From UHGV virus genome UHGV-0248979: a stretch of 64,000 nt of DNA, one strand, 5' to 3'. The notes beneath the pieces are model-generated. The model did no database searches, had not been told where the DNA came from, and saw nothing but the letters and a program-made list of their open reading frames with translations. The position numbers were made by a program, and so were the translations under genes. Position 1 is the stretch's first letter, and the number at the start of each line of letters is the position of its first letter. Source of the DNA: a virus. Below, in pieces: positions 47,181-56,804 of the stretch.

Positions 47181-48080
47181 TTATTTCCCACGATAAAATC
47201 CAGAGATGTAGCTTGGCGCTATCCATCGCCATTCGCGCCAACGCATTTCTGACATTTTACCACACCATACACGCTTCCAATGAGCACGACGGATATGTGC
47301 TGCGCAATAAATCGCCAAACAAACCTCGTGTCCCTCCTTGCGTTGTTGTTCTATATCTTCCCATTGTACCGGACTTACGTCTAAAACGACCGCTTCACTA
47401 CGTGGGCGAATCTCTGTATCAGGAACATAACGAATGGTCCTCCCGCGAAATTCTTTCTTCTCACGTTCAGTTCGTTTAATTCGCGATGAAAGATATAGTC
47501 CGATATAGACGGCGTCGAGTAGTCGTTGATTCTCCTTAACCGAAGTAAGGAGCGGCTTTAACTCCACGAAATCATCATTACTTTTATCGATCGTGTAAAT
47601 CTCAAACTCCATGTATACCGACTCGTCATGTTCTTCGCATGACATCACAAAGAGAACTTCTTCACCTTCGTAAAGACGTCTTCCGATAAATAACGTGATT
47701 GGACATTCGTCGAGATTTACGGTAACCGAGAAAGTAAATGAAGGGATGGTTTCTATCCAGAAGTACGGGATATTTTTTAGTCTCTCAGTTTTTGCTAAGA
47801 GCGCCATCAGTTCTTCATCCGAGATGATTTCAACAGCAGCGTATTGCCATCCTAGTCCCAGGGACTGCTTAATCAGTCTGGGAATCTGTTCGGTAACGCC
47901 ATATTCACGATAGGTCGGATCTTTAACTGGCATAAACGTTACGGGTATTTGTCGTTTATGCTCGTTAATGAACCGAATAAAACGGCACTGATCTAATCCG
48001 TGAATTGTTTGGTGTGCTTTTTCTATCTGTTCGCTCATGCGTCTTAGCGCTTTCCCGTAAAGTCTATTATTCGTTGTCAT
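47181..48080 (-). CDS. hypothetical protein, about 300 aa, with C-terminal His/Arg/Trp-rich motif (paralog A)
   Basis: Start moved to ATG at 48080 with AGGAG SD; C-terminal ...CAAHIRRAHWKRVWCGK...RWIAPSYISGFY. Confidence 0.55.
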   Translation of the reverse strand: MTTNNRLYGKALRRMSEQIEKAHQTIHGLDQCRFIRFINEHKRQIPVTFMPVKDPTYREYGVTEQIPRLIKQSLGLGWQYAAVEIISDEELMALLAKTERLKNIPYFWIETIPSFTFSVTVNLDECPITLFIGRRLYEGEEVLFVMSCEEHDESVYMEFEIYTIDKSNDDFVELKPLLTSVKENQRLLDAVYIGLYLSSRIKRTEREKKEFRGRTIRYVPDTEIRPRSEAVVLDVSPVQWEDIEQQRKEGHEVCLAIYCAAHIRRAHWKRVWCGKMSEMRWREWRWIAPSYISGFYRGK

Positions 48081-48105
48081 TTTAATGCTCCTAAACACTT
48101 TTAGC

Positions 48106-49032
48106 TTAATTGTGGGGTACGTAGCCACGGACAAATGTAGGTGGAATCCAACAAAGTTTTCTTTTTCTTTCCCCATCTCTTGGACCGACCCAATATCTGC
48201 GCCAGTGCGCGCGACGAATATGTGCGGCCTTGGCGTGTTTGATACCTTCCATGGTTTTCAAGTCGGTGTTAAATCCCTTTAGATATTTCACTTGTTCTGG
48301 TGTGATGTCTATTTTAACGTCACGTTCACGAGGTTTGATTTCGTGACTTATGCTACCATTCTTTTTGATTTCTTTGAACTTAATGTCATTGAAAGACCCT
48401 CTGAGATTGGGCGGGATTAGCGTACAGAGAAATATCAACGATATGGCGGTTTTGGCCAGTGATAACCATAACGTCTTCTCTTGTTCGGTCTGTACGCCAG
48501 TTGTATAATCGATTTCAACAAGCCCGTTTCCAACACTACATATCTCTAACGAGCAGGTGGCGATTGTGGTAACGCCTTCTGTTAACCCGTAATCAGTATT
48601 TGTAGCAATTATAATAAACCTTCTATTCCCATTTTTTCGATAACCGAGAAAGAAAGTCTCATCTTCTTTACCTACATCGATTGCTACAGTCCAAGTAGGT
48701 ATAAAGTCTAACCACTCTTCAGGGAATTTACTGGGCATCTCAGTCTCGAAAACAAGTTCTCTAAGTGCTCGATCGGATATTAAGGAAGCACCACCGTATA
48801 GCCATCCAATTGCCAATGTTTGAGCGTGAAGAGAACGGGGATCTTTGAGACCTAACTCAGCGTCGTAGGGTATAAAGGCATTAGTTAAATGCTTACGATT
48901 CTTTTTTATCCATTTCGAGACGGGATTTTCTTTTGTTTGATTTTCTTCCATGACATTTTCTAGATGCTGACTCCCCATTTGTCTAAGGCAGTCTTTAACA
49001 CCTTTTACTTTTTTACTTTTGTACAAATACAC
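48106..49032 (-). CDS. hypothetical protein, 308 aa, with C-terminal His/Arg/Trp-rich motif (paralog B)
   Basis: GTG start with AGGAG SD; C-terminal ...AAHIRRAHWRRYWVGP...LCWIPPTFVRGY. Confidence 0.55.
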   Translation of the reverse strand: MYLYKSKKVKGVKDCLRQMGSQHLENVMEENQTKENPVSKWIKKNRKHLTNAFIPYDAELGLKDPRSLHAQTLAIGWLYGGASLISDRALRELVFETEMPSKFPEEWLDFIPTWTVAIDVGKEDETFFLGYRKNGNRRFIIIATNTDYGLTEGVTTIATCSLEICSVGNGLVEIDYTTGVQTEQEKTLWLSLAKTAISLIFLCTLIPPNLRGSFNDIKFKEIKKNGSISHEIKPRERDVKIDITPEQVKYLKGFNTDLKTMEGIKHAKAAHIRRAHWRRYWVGPRDGERKRKLCWIPPTFVRGYVPHN

Positions 49033-49065
49033 GGTATATTCTCCTAAAATGGTTAAAAATAAAGT

Positions 49066-49087
49066 TACCCTAGCCGAAGCTAGGGTG
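49066..49087 (-). terminator. intrinsic terminator hairpin
   Basis: taccctagc / cgaa / gctagggtg; T-run follows on minus strand. Confidence 0.5.
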
Positions 49088-49091
49088 TCTA

Positions 49092-49580
49092 TTAGTCGAT
49101 TTTGACGTAGTCGGGATAGTTAGCTTTTAACCACTCCCATAGCTGTAAGGAAAGTAGGTTTTCACTACGTTCGATGATTTCCATGATATCTGCCACGTAA
49201 GACCCACCAATCCAAATTCGTCTATAAAAATTTTCCCATTCCGGTTCTGTATAGGGAACAATCGGTGTAGGAAATTTCTCTAAATTGTACGCATCGGTAA
49301 CTTTTCTTAAGAACTGATACCGGCAATCGCGAAGGCGTTGTCGAACGTCTGTTTCTGTTATGTGGTCGTTTGATGGATTGAAGAAATCAAACAGGTTAGC
49401 TGTGTATGCTATTATGCTCTGGCAACTGAAGTAGGCCGCAGCGTAATCTGCCATCCAAGGAGTGGAAGCAACCATTGGGGCCAACTTTTCTTCTATTTCT
49501 TTTCTTACACGCGCACCGTGATTGAGAAATTCATGCACAATATCACTTTTACTAAGATTGATAATATCATTTACGTTCAT
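49092..49580 (-). CDS. hypothetical protein, 162 aa
   Basis: ORF in operon. Confidence 0.5.
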   Translation of the reverse strand: MNVNDIINLSKSDIVHEFLNHGARVRKEIEEKLAPMVASTPWMADYAAAYFSCQSIIAYTANLFDFFNPSNDHITETDVRQRLRDCRYQFLRKVTDAYNLEKFPTPIVPYTEPEWENFYRRIWIGGSYVADIMEIIERSENLLSLQLWEWLKANYPDYVKID

Positions 49581-49581
49581 T

Positions 49582-50106
49582 TTACTGTCCTAAAATTGGG
49601 GTGAGTCTGTCTGCGGTGTTTAACAATGCTTTTGTAATTTCGTGGTTGGTCTCTTTTAGGATGGCGCAGCAGAGAGTGGTATAAACCTCGATTGCTAAAC
49701 CGATTTCTTGTTCAGTCAGACACGGTTCGGTGCCGCCAATCCCGTAACGCTGCGCTGCATACTCAATTTCAAGTTTCAAACGTTTTCGTAGTGCCTCGTC
49801 ATCAGTTAAACGCGCGCACGCCCGATCGAAACGTCTATTGTAAGCCTCGATCTTGTGGACAATTTCGCGTCGCAGTTGGTCGACCTTTACGTTATCATCA
49901 AGAGTGATGGTGACGTTGTCAACTAAACAGTAATGCACCGCGTGTCGTAAGTTGTGTAATGTGGCGGCAGTAACGACCCGCTCCTGATGGTCGCTAAAGC
50001 CGTGGGCACCACAGAGCTTGCGTGCAACCGCGCCAGAGATTTTCTCCTCTAACGCTATCGGCGTGGCAATGGTTGTTTTCTTACGAAGCTGAATTAAAAT
50101 ATCCAC
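49582..50106 (-). CDS. hypothetical protein, 174 aa
   Basis: GTG start preceded by CCTAAAGGAG. Confidence 0.5.
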   Translation of the reverse strand: MDILIQLRKKTTIATPIALEEKISGAVARKLCGAHGFSDHQERVVTAATLHNLRHAVHYCLVDNVTITLDDNVKVDQLRREIVHKIEAYNRRFDRACARLTDDEALRKRLKLEIEYAAQRYGIGGTEPCLTEQEIGLAIEVYTTLCCAILKETNHEITKALLNTADRLTPILGQ

Positions 50107-50108
50107 GG

Positions 50109-50651
50109 TTATACTCCTTTAGGTTGTCCGTATTTTGACGATAGGTAGATGAGTTCAGCATGGCAGATTTTCTCAACTAACCCGAGTGTCTCAAGGAAAA
50201 TATCCCGGATACGGGACATCGTTTCGTTGGTAAGAATATCGCTCCAACATGTTGTGTCTATTATATCCGTCGTTGAAGATTGGCGCTGCAATATTGCGAC
50301 ATACACTTCGTCGAGGCTATCTGGTGCATTATTCTGTAAGTAATGGGCGGCATGTAGAAAGGCTTTCTCAAGAATCAGCTGAATATCCGTATCGGGATCA
50401 GTTACCCGTACTAAATGCGGGTATGTCATAGCCGAACTGATTTTTATCACTAACTGCTCAACGAGGTTATTCACCATCGCTTCTGAATCCAGGATAGTAA
50501 TATCAGCTCCATCGTGTTCTTCAGAAATCTTATTCTCATGCACTGCTATCGCATCGTGTAATTCAAACGCAACGCGACTTCGCATCTCACTTAACACTTT
50601 GTTTAATTTGTCCCGTGACTCGCTGAGTGAGAAATCGATAAGTATTTTCAT
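50109..50651 (-). CDS. hypothetical protein, 180 aa
   Basis: Start overlaps stop of upstream gene. Confidence 0.5.
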   Translation of the reverse strand: MKILIDFSLSESRDKLNKVLSEMRSRVAFELHDAIAVHENKISEEHDGADITILDSEAMVNNLVEQLVIKISSAMTYPHLVRVTDPDTDIQLILEKAFLHAAHYLQNNAPDSLDEVYVAILQRQSSTTDIIDTTCWSDILTNETMSRIRDIFLETLGLVEKICHAELIYLSSKYGQPKGV

Positions 50652-51394
50652 TATACGTACTCCTGATAAATTGGCCGACCCCGATCTTCTCGAATCTGGC
50701 AGTATGTTACAACAATACCGTTAGGGATTTGTGCGCCGCTGTCTTCAAGGTAAATAACGCCCGTAGCTTCACAGAGATAAAACGACCACAATCGTGAGAT
50801 ACCAAGCCGTGCGTTCTCGTAGTGACTGAATGGCCAGAAACCACAGTGAATCTCATCATAGTCTCCCCGTTCTATCCCGTAAGCAATCATTTCTTTTTCC
50901 CACAACGTACATTCAGCGTCGTAAGTCGAAAACCAGAAACCAACGAGATTCTTTGTCCGCTTAACGTTCATTAAGTCGTTATAAATGGGAAAGAGTGCTT
51001 TATTGAAATTTTCTAACATCTCTGGAGAGAATAGAAAATTCATGTAGTATTCTAGCCATTGATAAACGGCTTCCCAGACATCTTCAGAAGAGAAATGTTC
51101 GAATACGGCGTCATCGCAATCGTAGTTATCGAAGATCCCTGAGAGATCTATTTCGACGACGCCGCGAAGGTCAAAGTTTCTGTTGGTATTGACAGCGTCA
51201 ATAACCTCAGCGATGAGACGAGTAAAGACGATTGTGCAGGCGGTTTGTGCGGTATAAAAGAATTCTCCTTGTACGGTTGACCACTTCGGGTCCTTCAAAT
51301 GTTCATTGAAGTATTGTGGCCAAATTTTATAAAAGATTCCCTCGAACAACGAGGGATTGATACGTTGTAATTGAGGGACATAAACTTTTAGCAT
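50651..51394 (-). CDS. hypothetical protein, 247 aa
   Basis: ORF with GGAG SD. Confidence 0.5.
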   Translation of the reverse strand: MLKVYVPQLQRINPSLFEGIFYKIWPQYFNEHLKDPKWSTVQGEFFYTAQTACTIVFTRLIAEVIDAVNTNRNFDLRGVVEIDLSGIFDNYDCDDAVFEHFSSEDVWEAVYQWLEYYMNFLFSPEMLENFNKALFPIYNDLMNVKRTKNLVGFWFSTYDAECTLWEKEMIAYGIERGDYDEIHCGFWPFSHYENARLGISRLWSFYLCEATGVIYLEDSGAQIPNGIVVTYCQIREDRGRPIYQEYV

Positions 51395-51430
51395 TCTAAT
51401 AACTCCAATGGTGTTACACCTGGATAATAT

Positions 51431-52099
51431 CTATCTAAGAATATTTTTAATGAAAAAAGGATCGGCTGTAAACTCCTTCACTTGTGAGTCATAACCCGAA
51501 TGTATTTGATCGCTACTGAGCAAATACTGGTCTAGGTCGTGCGGAAGAATCCAAGAATCACCTTGCTTAAAAATACCATAATCTGCTGTTCCTGCGGAAA
51601 AAATGATTTCCTCTGGAAACGAATAGACACGGCGTAAGGCAAGATCGGATGGCTTTAACACGATTAATCGAACGGGATGTTGACTGACTGCCTCTTTAAT
51701 AAACTGTTCACGATTAAACCAAATTATTTTTTCGGGGTAAGTTTCGAATTCAGCCCATGCCCGCGTGATAACTAATTTGGAAATCTTTCTCAATTCTTCA
51801 GAACGCTCTGCGTAGCCGATGCACTCCTTGCGTACTTCATGATTTTCTATCGATGTTGTGAATTTTTGGAATAGGTGTTGTTGGAAAAAGCCGTTCTCCG
51901 GGATATCACAACCCGCGTTGTATAGTGCAATGATCTCCCACAACAACGAAAGAGAAAACACAAATGCTAACTTTTCCACAACTTCCCAATCTTCGGAGTA
52001 AGGGGCTTTAAAGCCCCAATACTGCCGTGCGTTATACATAAAGTGAGTTTGTAAAAACCGAGGGGCTTTTGACAAGACCTCACTATAAACGATCAGCAT
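51431..52099 (-). CDS. hypothetical protein, 222 aa
   Basis: ORF overlapping the RNase H gene end by 7 nt. Confidence 0.5.
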   Translation of the reverse strand: MLIVYSEVLSKAPRFLQTHFMYNARQYWGFKAPYSEDWEVVEKLAFVFSLSLLWEIIALYNAGCDIPENGFFQQHLFQKFTTSIENHEVRKECIGYAERSEELRKISKLVITRAWAEFETYPEKIIWFNREQFIKEAVSQHPVRLIVLKPSDLALRRVYSFPEEIIFSAGTADYGIFKQGDSWILPHDLDQYLLSSDQIHSGYDSQVKEFTADPFFIKNILR

Positions 52100-53613
52100 T
52101 CAAGCTCCTTATCCGTCAATATTCGTTTGTTTGAATAATAGCCGCACCACAAACCATGATATTTTTCCCCGATATAAACCAACGCGTATTCGATATACTG
52201 CCGTTCTGGACGACGTACAGCCACGTAAAACCGCCCTTCCGGTTCTTTGATACGGTTGATTTCCGTACGCGTCGGTATGTCGATACCTCGAGTAAGGATA
52301 GCTTTAACCTTGTTTTTACTACCAGGGATCTTGATGGTTACGTCAAAACCTTTATCTACGTTACGATAAATGTCTTTCTTCGGCTTACCTTTCTCATCGT
52401 AAAGTACGTCAGTAATGTCATTCAACACTACTGAGTTTTTCCCTTCCATGGCATCGCGTAACCAACCTGCAAGCTCATCACGAATCGCAATACAACGATA
52501 AGATAATAGCGCAGGACGAAGAATTCGTGTAATCGAAAGATCTTCAAACATCCACAGGTTTTTGTCTTCACTAAAATGCATCCGATCGATAGGAATGCCG
52601 TTAGCAGCGGCTTCTGCGAACTTCTTGCGCTTTACGAATAAGTTAAAAACAACGGCGATTGGATCAAATTGACGTAAACGGGGCACCCCTTCCCACGCTT
52701 TCGCAGAATGGGTATTTACCAACTCGTATACGTTATCCCACGGTTCTTTGGTAAACATTACGCAGAATTGTGCATCTGGAATGTACTTACCAACGAAGAC
52801 GATATCATCCTTCTGTTTTGCGTGGTTTCCACCGAACATGTAATAAAGTTTATTACCGTTAACTGTAACAGTGGGGTGAGGCTCGTTCACCATCGGGTAA
52901 CAGAACTTCGTAACACAGATATCGGGAAAAGTGGACAAATTGACACCCTCACCAACAACTTCCGGTTGCTGTTCTTCCTCAGGCAGTTCGTCTTTTGACC
53001 AATACGGTGTATAGTCTAACCCCTCCCCTCGGGCAGAGATAATTGAGCCTTTCCGCGCTAACTCGTCTGCGCGTTCGTTTCCATAACGTCCAGAGTGGCC
53101 TTTAATTTTAAGGACACGAACACCTTTCCCTTCTTTCTTTAAGCGCTGTTTAACCACCCACATCCGTTGGATTAATTCCAGATTCGCAATAGGTGTACCG
53201 TCCGCACGACGCCAACCACGTGCTGCCCAACCATCAATCCAGTCGTTATACGTGTTGACAACGTAAGATGCGTCGATATAGATAACGTAGTTTTTGGCAA
53301 CGAAGGGGGCGTGTTCGAAGACGGTCAGGAAAGCCACGAGTTCTGCAACGTCGGAGTGTGACATTTTTGGTACAGGAACAACTCCGTCAATAAACTCCAC
53401 GGTTTCTGGTAAAGGCGGAAGTTTTTCATCTTTGTTTATCTGGCGGTATCCTGACGTCGTAATCCCCTCGGGAATAGTGGGATGGCGGTAAACCCGACCA
53501 TCCTCAATCGCTTCACGATTAAATAAGTATCCATGAATCCCCGCCCCTGTACCGAGCGGGGAAGTCAAATGGCTACCGTCCGTGTAAATTACTGCAACAT
53601 CAACGTTCTTCAT
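52093..53613 (-). CDS. RNase HI domain protein fused to a ~330-aa C-terminal region of unknown function
   Basis: N-terminal ...VAVIYTDGS...IDASYVVNTYNDWIDGWAARGW...KIKGHSGRYGNERADELARKG matches RNase HI catalytic motifs. Confidence 0.7.
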   Translation of the reverse strand: MKNVDVAVIYTDGSHLTSPLGTGAGIHGYLFNREAIEDGRVYRHPTIPEGITTSGYRQINKDEKLPPLPETVEFIDGVVPVPKMSHSDVAELVAFLTVFEHAPFVAKNYVIYIDASYVVNTYNDWIDGWAARGWRRADGTPIANLELIQRMWVVKQRLKKEGKGVRVLKIKGHSGRYGNERADELARKGSIISARGEGLDYTPYWSKDELPEEEQQPEVVGEGVNLSTFPDICVTKFCYPMVNEPHPTVTVNGNKLYYMFGGNHAKQKDDIVFVGKYIPDAQFCVMFTKEPWDNVYELVNTHSAKAWEGVPRLRQFDPIAVVFNLFVKRKKFAEAAANGIPIDRMHFSEDKNLWMFEDLSITRILRPALLSYRCIAIRDELAGWLRDAMEGKNSVVLNDITDVLYDEKGKPKKDIYRNVDKGFDVTIKIPGSKNKVKAILTRGIDIPTRTEINRIKEPEGRFYVAVRRPERQYIEYALVYIGEKYHGLWCGYYSNKRILTDKELEC

Positions 53614-53615
53614 TC

Positions 53616-54350
53616 TTAATCCCTGGTTAATTGATCACGAATCTGCGGCGCAACATACTCGCCAGTTTTCAGTTCTTCGTGACAGGCTTTGGCGCGTTCA
53701 AACCCGTATTGGCGGGTGACCAAAGCGAGGTGATAAATACGTGCCGTGGTGTAGGCTTCTTTTGCTGCATCCCACATTGCGTGGTGCTCAAAAGCGGGCT
53801 TACCGCGTGTCCAATAAACTTGCTCTACCGTTAAGTCGGGTTCGAAACCAAACGCAAAAGCTAAACGCTCTGCGGTACGATCGCTATCCAACGCACTAAA
53901 TTTACGGAACTTCCCTGGCGGAATATCGCATTGTGCGAAAGCGTTTATGAAAATCGGCGCATCGAAGTCGGGACCGCGCATGGTAATAACAAACTCATGT
54001 TTTGCGGTGATCTCCCCGAGCCATTTTTGCATCGCCCACAGAGCATCAGGCAATGCTGTTGTTCCACCCCATGCTTCCGCATAGGCTTCACGAGACGGCG
54101 CGTATTCAGGTTCGCCTTTACCTTCCCACCATCCAACCGTTTGTGGGTCTTCGTGGAAAATAGCTTTTGCTTTAGGGTCATTAGGATCGATACGGATGTA
54201 TGAGGAACCAACCATTTTCAAGGTAGGGACGTCAAACGCCACTAAACCTGCACTCAACAGATAAGCGTCGGGACGTAACGATTTGGTTTCTGCATCGGCA
54301 CCAATAACCAACGTCGGTGTGTACGGGGTGATAATTTTTGGGTAGGTCAT
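53616..54350 (-). CDS. DEDDh-type 3'-5' exonuclease-like protein
   Basis: ...LVIGADAETKSL... (Exo I-like D-x-E) and ...FEHHAMWDAAKEAY... (Exo III-like H-x4-D). Confidence 0.5.
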   Translation of the reverse strand: MTYPKIITPYTPTLVIGADAETKSLRPDAYLLSAGLVAFDVPTLKMVGSSYIRIDPNDPKAKAIFHEDPQTVGWWEGKGEPEYAPSREAYAEAWGGTTALPDALWAMQKWLGEITAKHEFVITMRGPDFDAPIFINAFAQCDIPPGKFRKFSALDSDRTAERLAFAFGFEPDLTVEQVYWTRGKPAFEHHAMWDAAKEAYTTARIYHLALVTRQYGFERAKACHEELKTGEYVAPQIRDQLTRD

Positions 54351-54405
54351 GTTGAATTCTCCTGTTAGTCTACATTAAAATAGTCGTAAACGTTAAAAAG
54401 AAAGG

Positions 54406-54435
54406 CCCTCCTGTACCTCGAAGGGTACAGGAGGG
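54406..54435 (-). terminator. intrinsic terminator hairpin
   Basis: ccctcctgtacc / tcgaa / gggtacaggaggg; A-rich on + side upstream gives T-run on minus strand. Confidence 0.6.
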
Positions 54436-54439
54436 AGTG

Positions 54440-54898
54440 TCAGTACAAACACGATGTCAAGTATTGGTTATACGAATCGAGCAGTGCCTGACGGTCGGAA
54501 CGGTAATTCCACAACAAATTATTGAGTTTACGCGATAAATCACGGCTAATCTCCTGGGCCGTTAAAGAGCTCTCATCAAGAAACATGCGCTCAGGTACAA
54601 CGTGTAATTTCGGTAACTCATAGCGTTCACAAAGTGGAGCCAACATTGGTGGACTCCAGCCACGTTTAGCGGCTTGCTGGTTTAAATTTCGTGTGTAGAC
54701 ATAAACGTAATAAGCATAGGTGTTGACATCTGCAACATACTCACGCATTGCATTCTTGTCAATTTTCCAATTCACCATTATTGGCGGTTCAGGAGGAAGT
54801 TCCAGTGGTCTATAAGCTGGACGTTTAACTTCGTCACCGTAGCTATTACTCACCAACCCCACGAACACTACCATGATGAATAATAGCATTTTCATCAA
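54440..54898 (-). CDS. secreted/periplasmic hypothetical protein, 152 aa
   Basis: N-terminal MMKMLLFIMVVFVGLVSNSYG looks like a signal peptide; no lipobox Cys. Confidence 0.5.
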   Translation of the reverse strand: MMKMLLFIMVVFVGLVSNSYGDEVKRPAYRPLELPPEPPIMVNWKIDKNAMREYVADVNTYAYYVYVYTRNLNQQAAKRGWSPPMLAPLCERYELPKLHVVPERMFLDESSLTAQEISRDLSRKLNNLLWNYRSDRQALLDSYNQYLTSCLY

Positions 54899-55402
54899 TC
54901 ACTCCTTAGAAGACGATAGCGTCTTTATGATCTCCTGTCGAAAACTGTTCGCGTTTAAATTACCAACAGGTCTCGCCGAAGCCTCTTTACGTTGTTCTGG
55001 TGTTGAAGCCGGATTAACAGGAGTTTCTGGTTTTGCCGAGGACAGATCCTTCGTCGTACCGCTCGCTTTCGATGAATTAAACGTGCTTTCATATGGCGGT
55101 TTCTGGCCGAGGCAAACGAAGAGTCTGTCGTATAACTTATCATTATCTTCTTTTAGTTTATCTCGATCTTGTTTCATCTCTTGGTAAGACTGTGACATAT
55201 AAGTGTCATGAGACTGCACTGCAACGAGCGCGTGAAACTGTTGTACATAGGCGTAGGAGACGAAGCCAGAATACGACAACAAGATCGTGATGATTAAAGT
55301 CATTATCTTGCTTGCTCTTGATACGTTTTCTCCTTCTCCTGGTTTAAATGCTTCCATTAACATCTGAAGGAAGAACGGAAGCACTTTAAAAAATGAACCC
55401 AT
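54899..55402 (-). CDS. membrane-anchored hypothetical protein, 167 aa
   Basis: Hydrophobic segment IMTLIITILLSYSGFVSYAYV followed by a charged, probably helical region; contiguous with next gene. Confidence 0.5.
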   Translation of the reverse strand: MGSFFKVLPFFLQMLMEAFKPGEGENVSRASKIMTLIITILLSYSGFVSYAYVQQFHALVAVQSHDTYMSQSYQEMKQDRDKLKEDNDKLYDRLFVCLGQKPPYESTFNSSKASGTTKDLSSAKPETPVNPASTPEQRKEASARPVGNLNANSFRQEIIKTLSSSKE

Positions 55403-55427
55403 TGCTCACCTCGGAGTATTTTTAATT

Positions 55428-56801
55428 ATGTTAGACTTACAAGGTTTTATTCAGATACCGGCACTGTTTGACAATCAGGACGGCGTCACCGCTCCGGTGG
55501 GCGAGCTGTCGGATTTGACACTCTCGTACGCGAAGAGTAAACAGACGTTTACCAAAACCAATTTGCAAGTTCAATTGGTGACTTTTACGTCTAAACGAGA
55601 AAAACAGACGGTTGTTGTACCAGCCGAATTTTCTGATCATATTCTAACCGTTTCTCAATGGATATACCAGCAAGCCATCTTGGGGAATCTGAGAAATGAC
55701 GAACTTGAATTCCAGCGCCTGTTACTAGGACAATTCCAATCAACCATTTCTGGCGTTCAGTCCGGTGCGATGATTCAGACGAACAGTAATTGGTTCCCAC
55801 GCTGGGTGAGCTGGAAATATGAAGCAACAGCAGATCAAGTACAAGATGACACTGATGTAGATAATCAGATCATTGTTTGGTTCTCGGATGAAGACTTCGA
55901 TCAAGATTACACAGGGTTCGAAATCGAAGTGCAGATGCCGATTTCACCAATCGACACATTTTTGTCGACCAAGTCAGTCGTTGAAAAGGCGATGGAAGGG
56001 TTTAACCTTACCGAACACCATAAGAAAATCAATGAGTTAATGGCAGGATTTCCTTACACCGCTATCCAAACCAACTACTATACTTGGCACGATAAAGAAA
56101 ACTACGAGTCCACCCTAGTTGTCCCAATGTCGGTTATTATTTACGGCCGCGCGGGAAAAAACCCAACGAAAATAAAGCAAGCATTGCGAGAACATATTCT
56201 TGCCAATTCTAGCTTTACTGTCCCCGTCGGGGTAAAGGTATTTCCTGAAATTTTCACTACCACGAAATTTACAATTGTTCCTGGATGGAAAATTCGTGGA
56301 ATACCTAATGAGGAAGACGTAGCGGCGCTTTATTCCCCTATCCTTCCATATGATTTCTGGGTCAAAGCTATCAGTCGGTTTGGAGAATGGGCAGACCTGA
56401 CGGTAGCGGAAAGAAATACTAAAACGATCAGTAAGCCTACGACAGATGTAACTGACTTACCAACCGTTTATAAATCATTAAACTGTGTTGTAATCAGTGG
56501 GCCGGAAAATGATACGCGGAAAGCGACCTTACACGAAACTATCCCGGATTATGCGTTAATTGCGACGACTAACCCTGATATTGCACGTATGTCGAAAACA
56601 ACGACCGAATGGTTGGCGTTATTCTTCCAGGCACTTATTGCTGCGGAAGAATACCACCCGTATCAAACCAGCTTAGACATTGTAAAACTGGTCGATGAGG
56701 CAGACCCTGATAACTATTTCTGGGTATTTGAGTACGATAATGTGGAATATCGAATCCTGTCTCGGAAAGCGAAATGGTACAGCGAGTTAGACAAGGAGTA
56801 A
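55428..56801 (+). CDS. hypothetical protein, 457 aa
   Basis: + strand ORF. Confidence 0.55.
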   Translation: MLDLQGFIQIPALFDNQDGVTAPVGELSDLTLSYAKSKQTFTKTNLQVQLVTFTSKREKQTVVVPAEFSDHILTVSQWIYQQAILGNLRNDELEFQRLLLGQFQSTISGVQSGAMIQTNSNWFPRWVSWKYEATADQVQDDTDVDNQIIVWFSDEDFDQDYTGFEIEVQMPISPIDTFLSTKSVVEKAMEGFNLTEHHKKINELMAGFPYTAIQTNYYTWHDKENYESTLVVPMSVIIYGRAGKNPTKIKQALREHILANSSFTVPVGVKVFPEIFTTTKFTIVPGWKIRGIPNEEDVAALYSPILPYDFWVKAISRFGEWADLTVAERNTKTISKPTTDVTDLPTVYKSLNCVVISGPENDTRKATLHETIPDYALIATTNPDIARMSKTTTEWLALFFQALIAAEEYHPYQTSLDIVKLVDEADPDNYFWVFEYDNVEYRILSRKAKWYSELDKE

Positions 56802-56804
56802 TGA

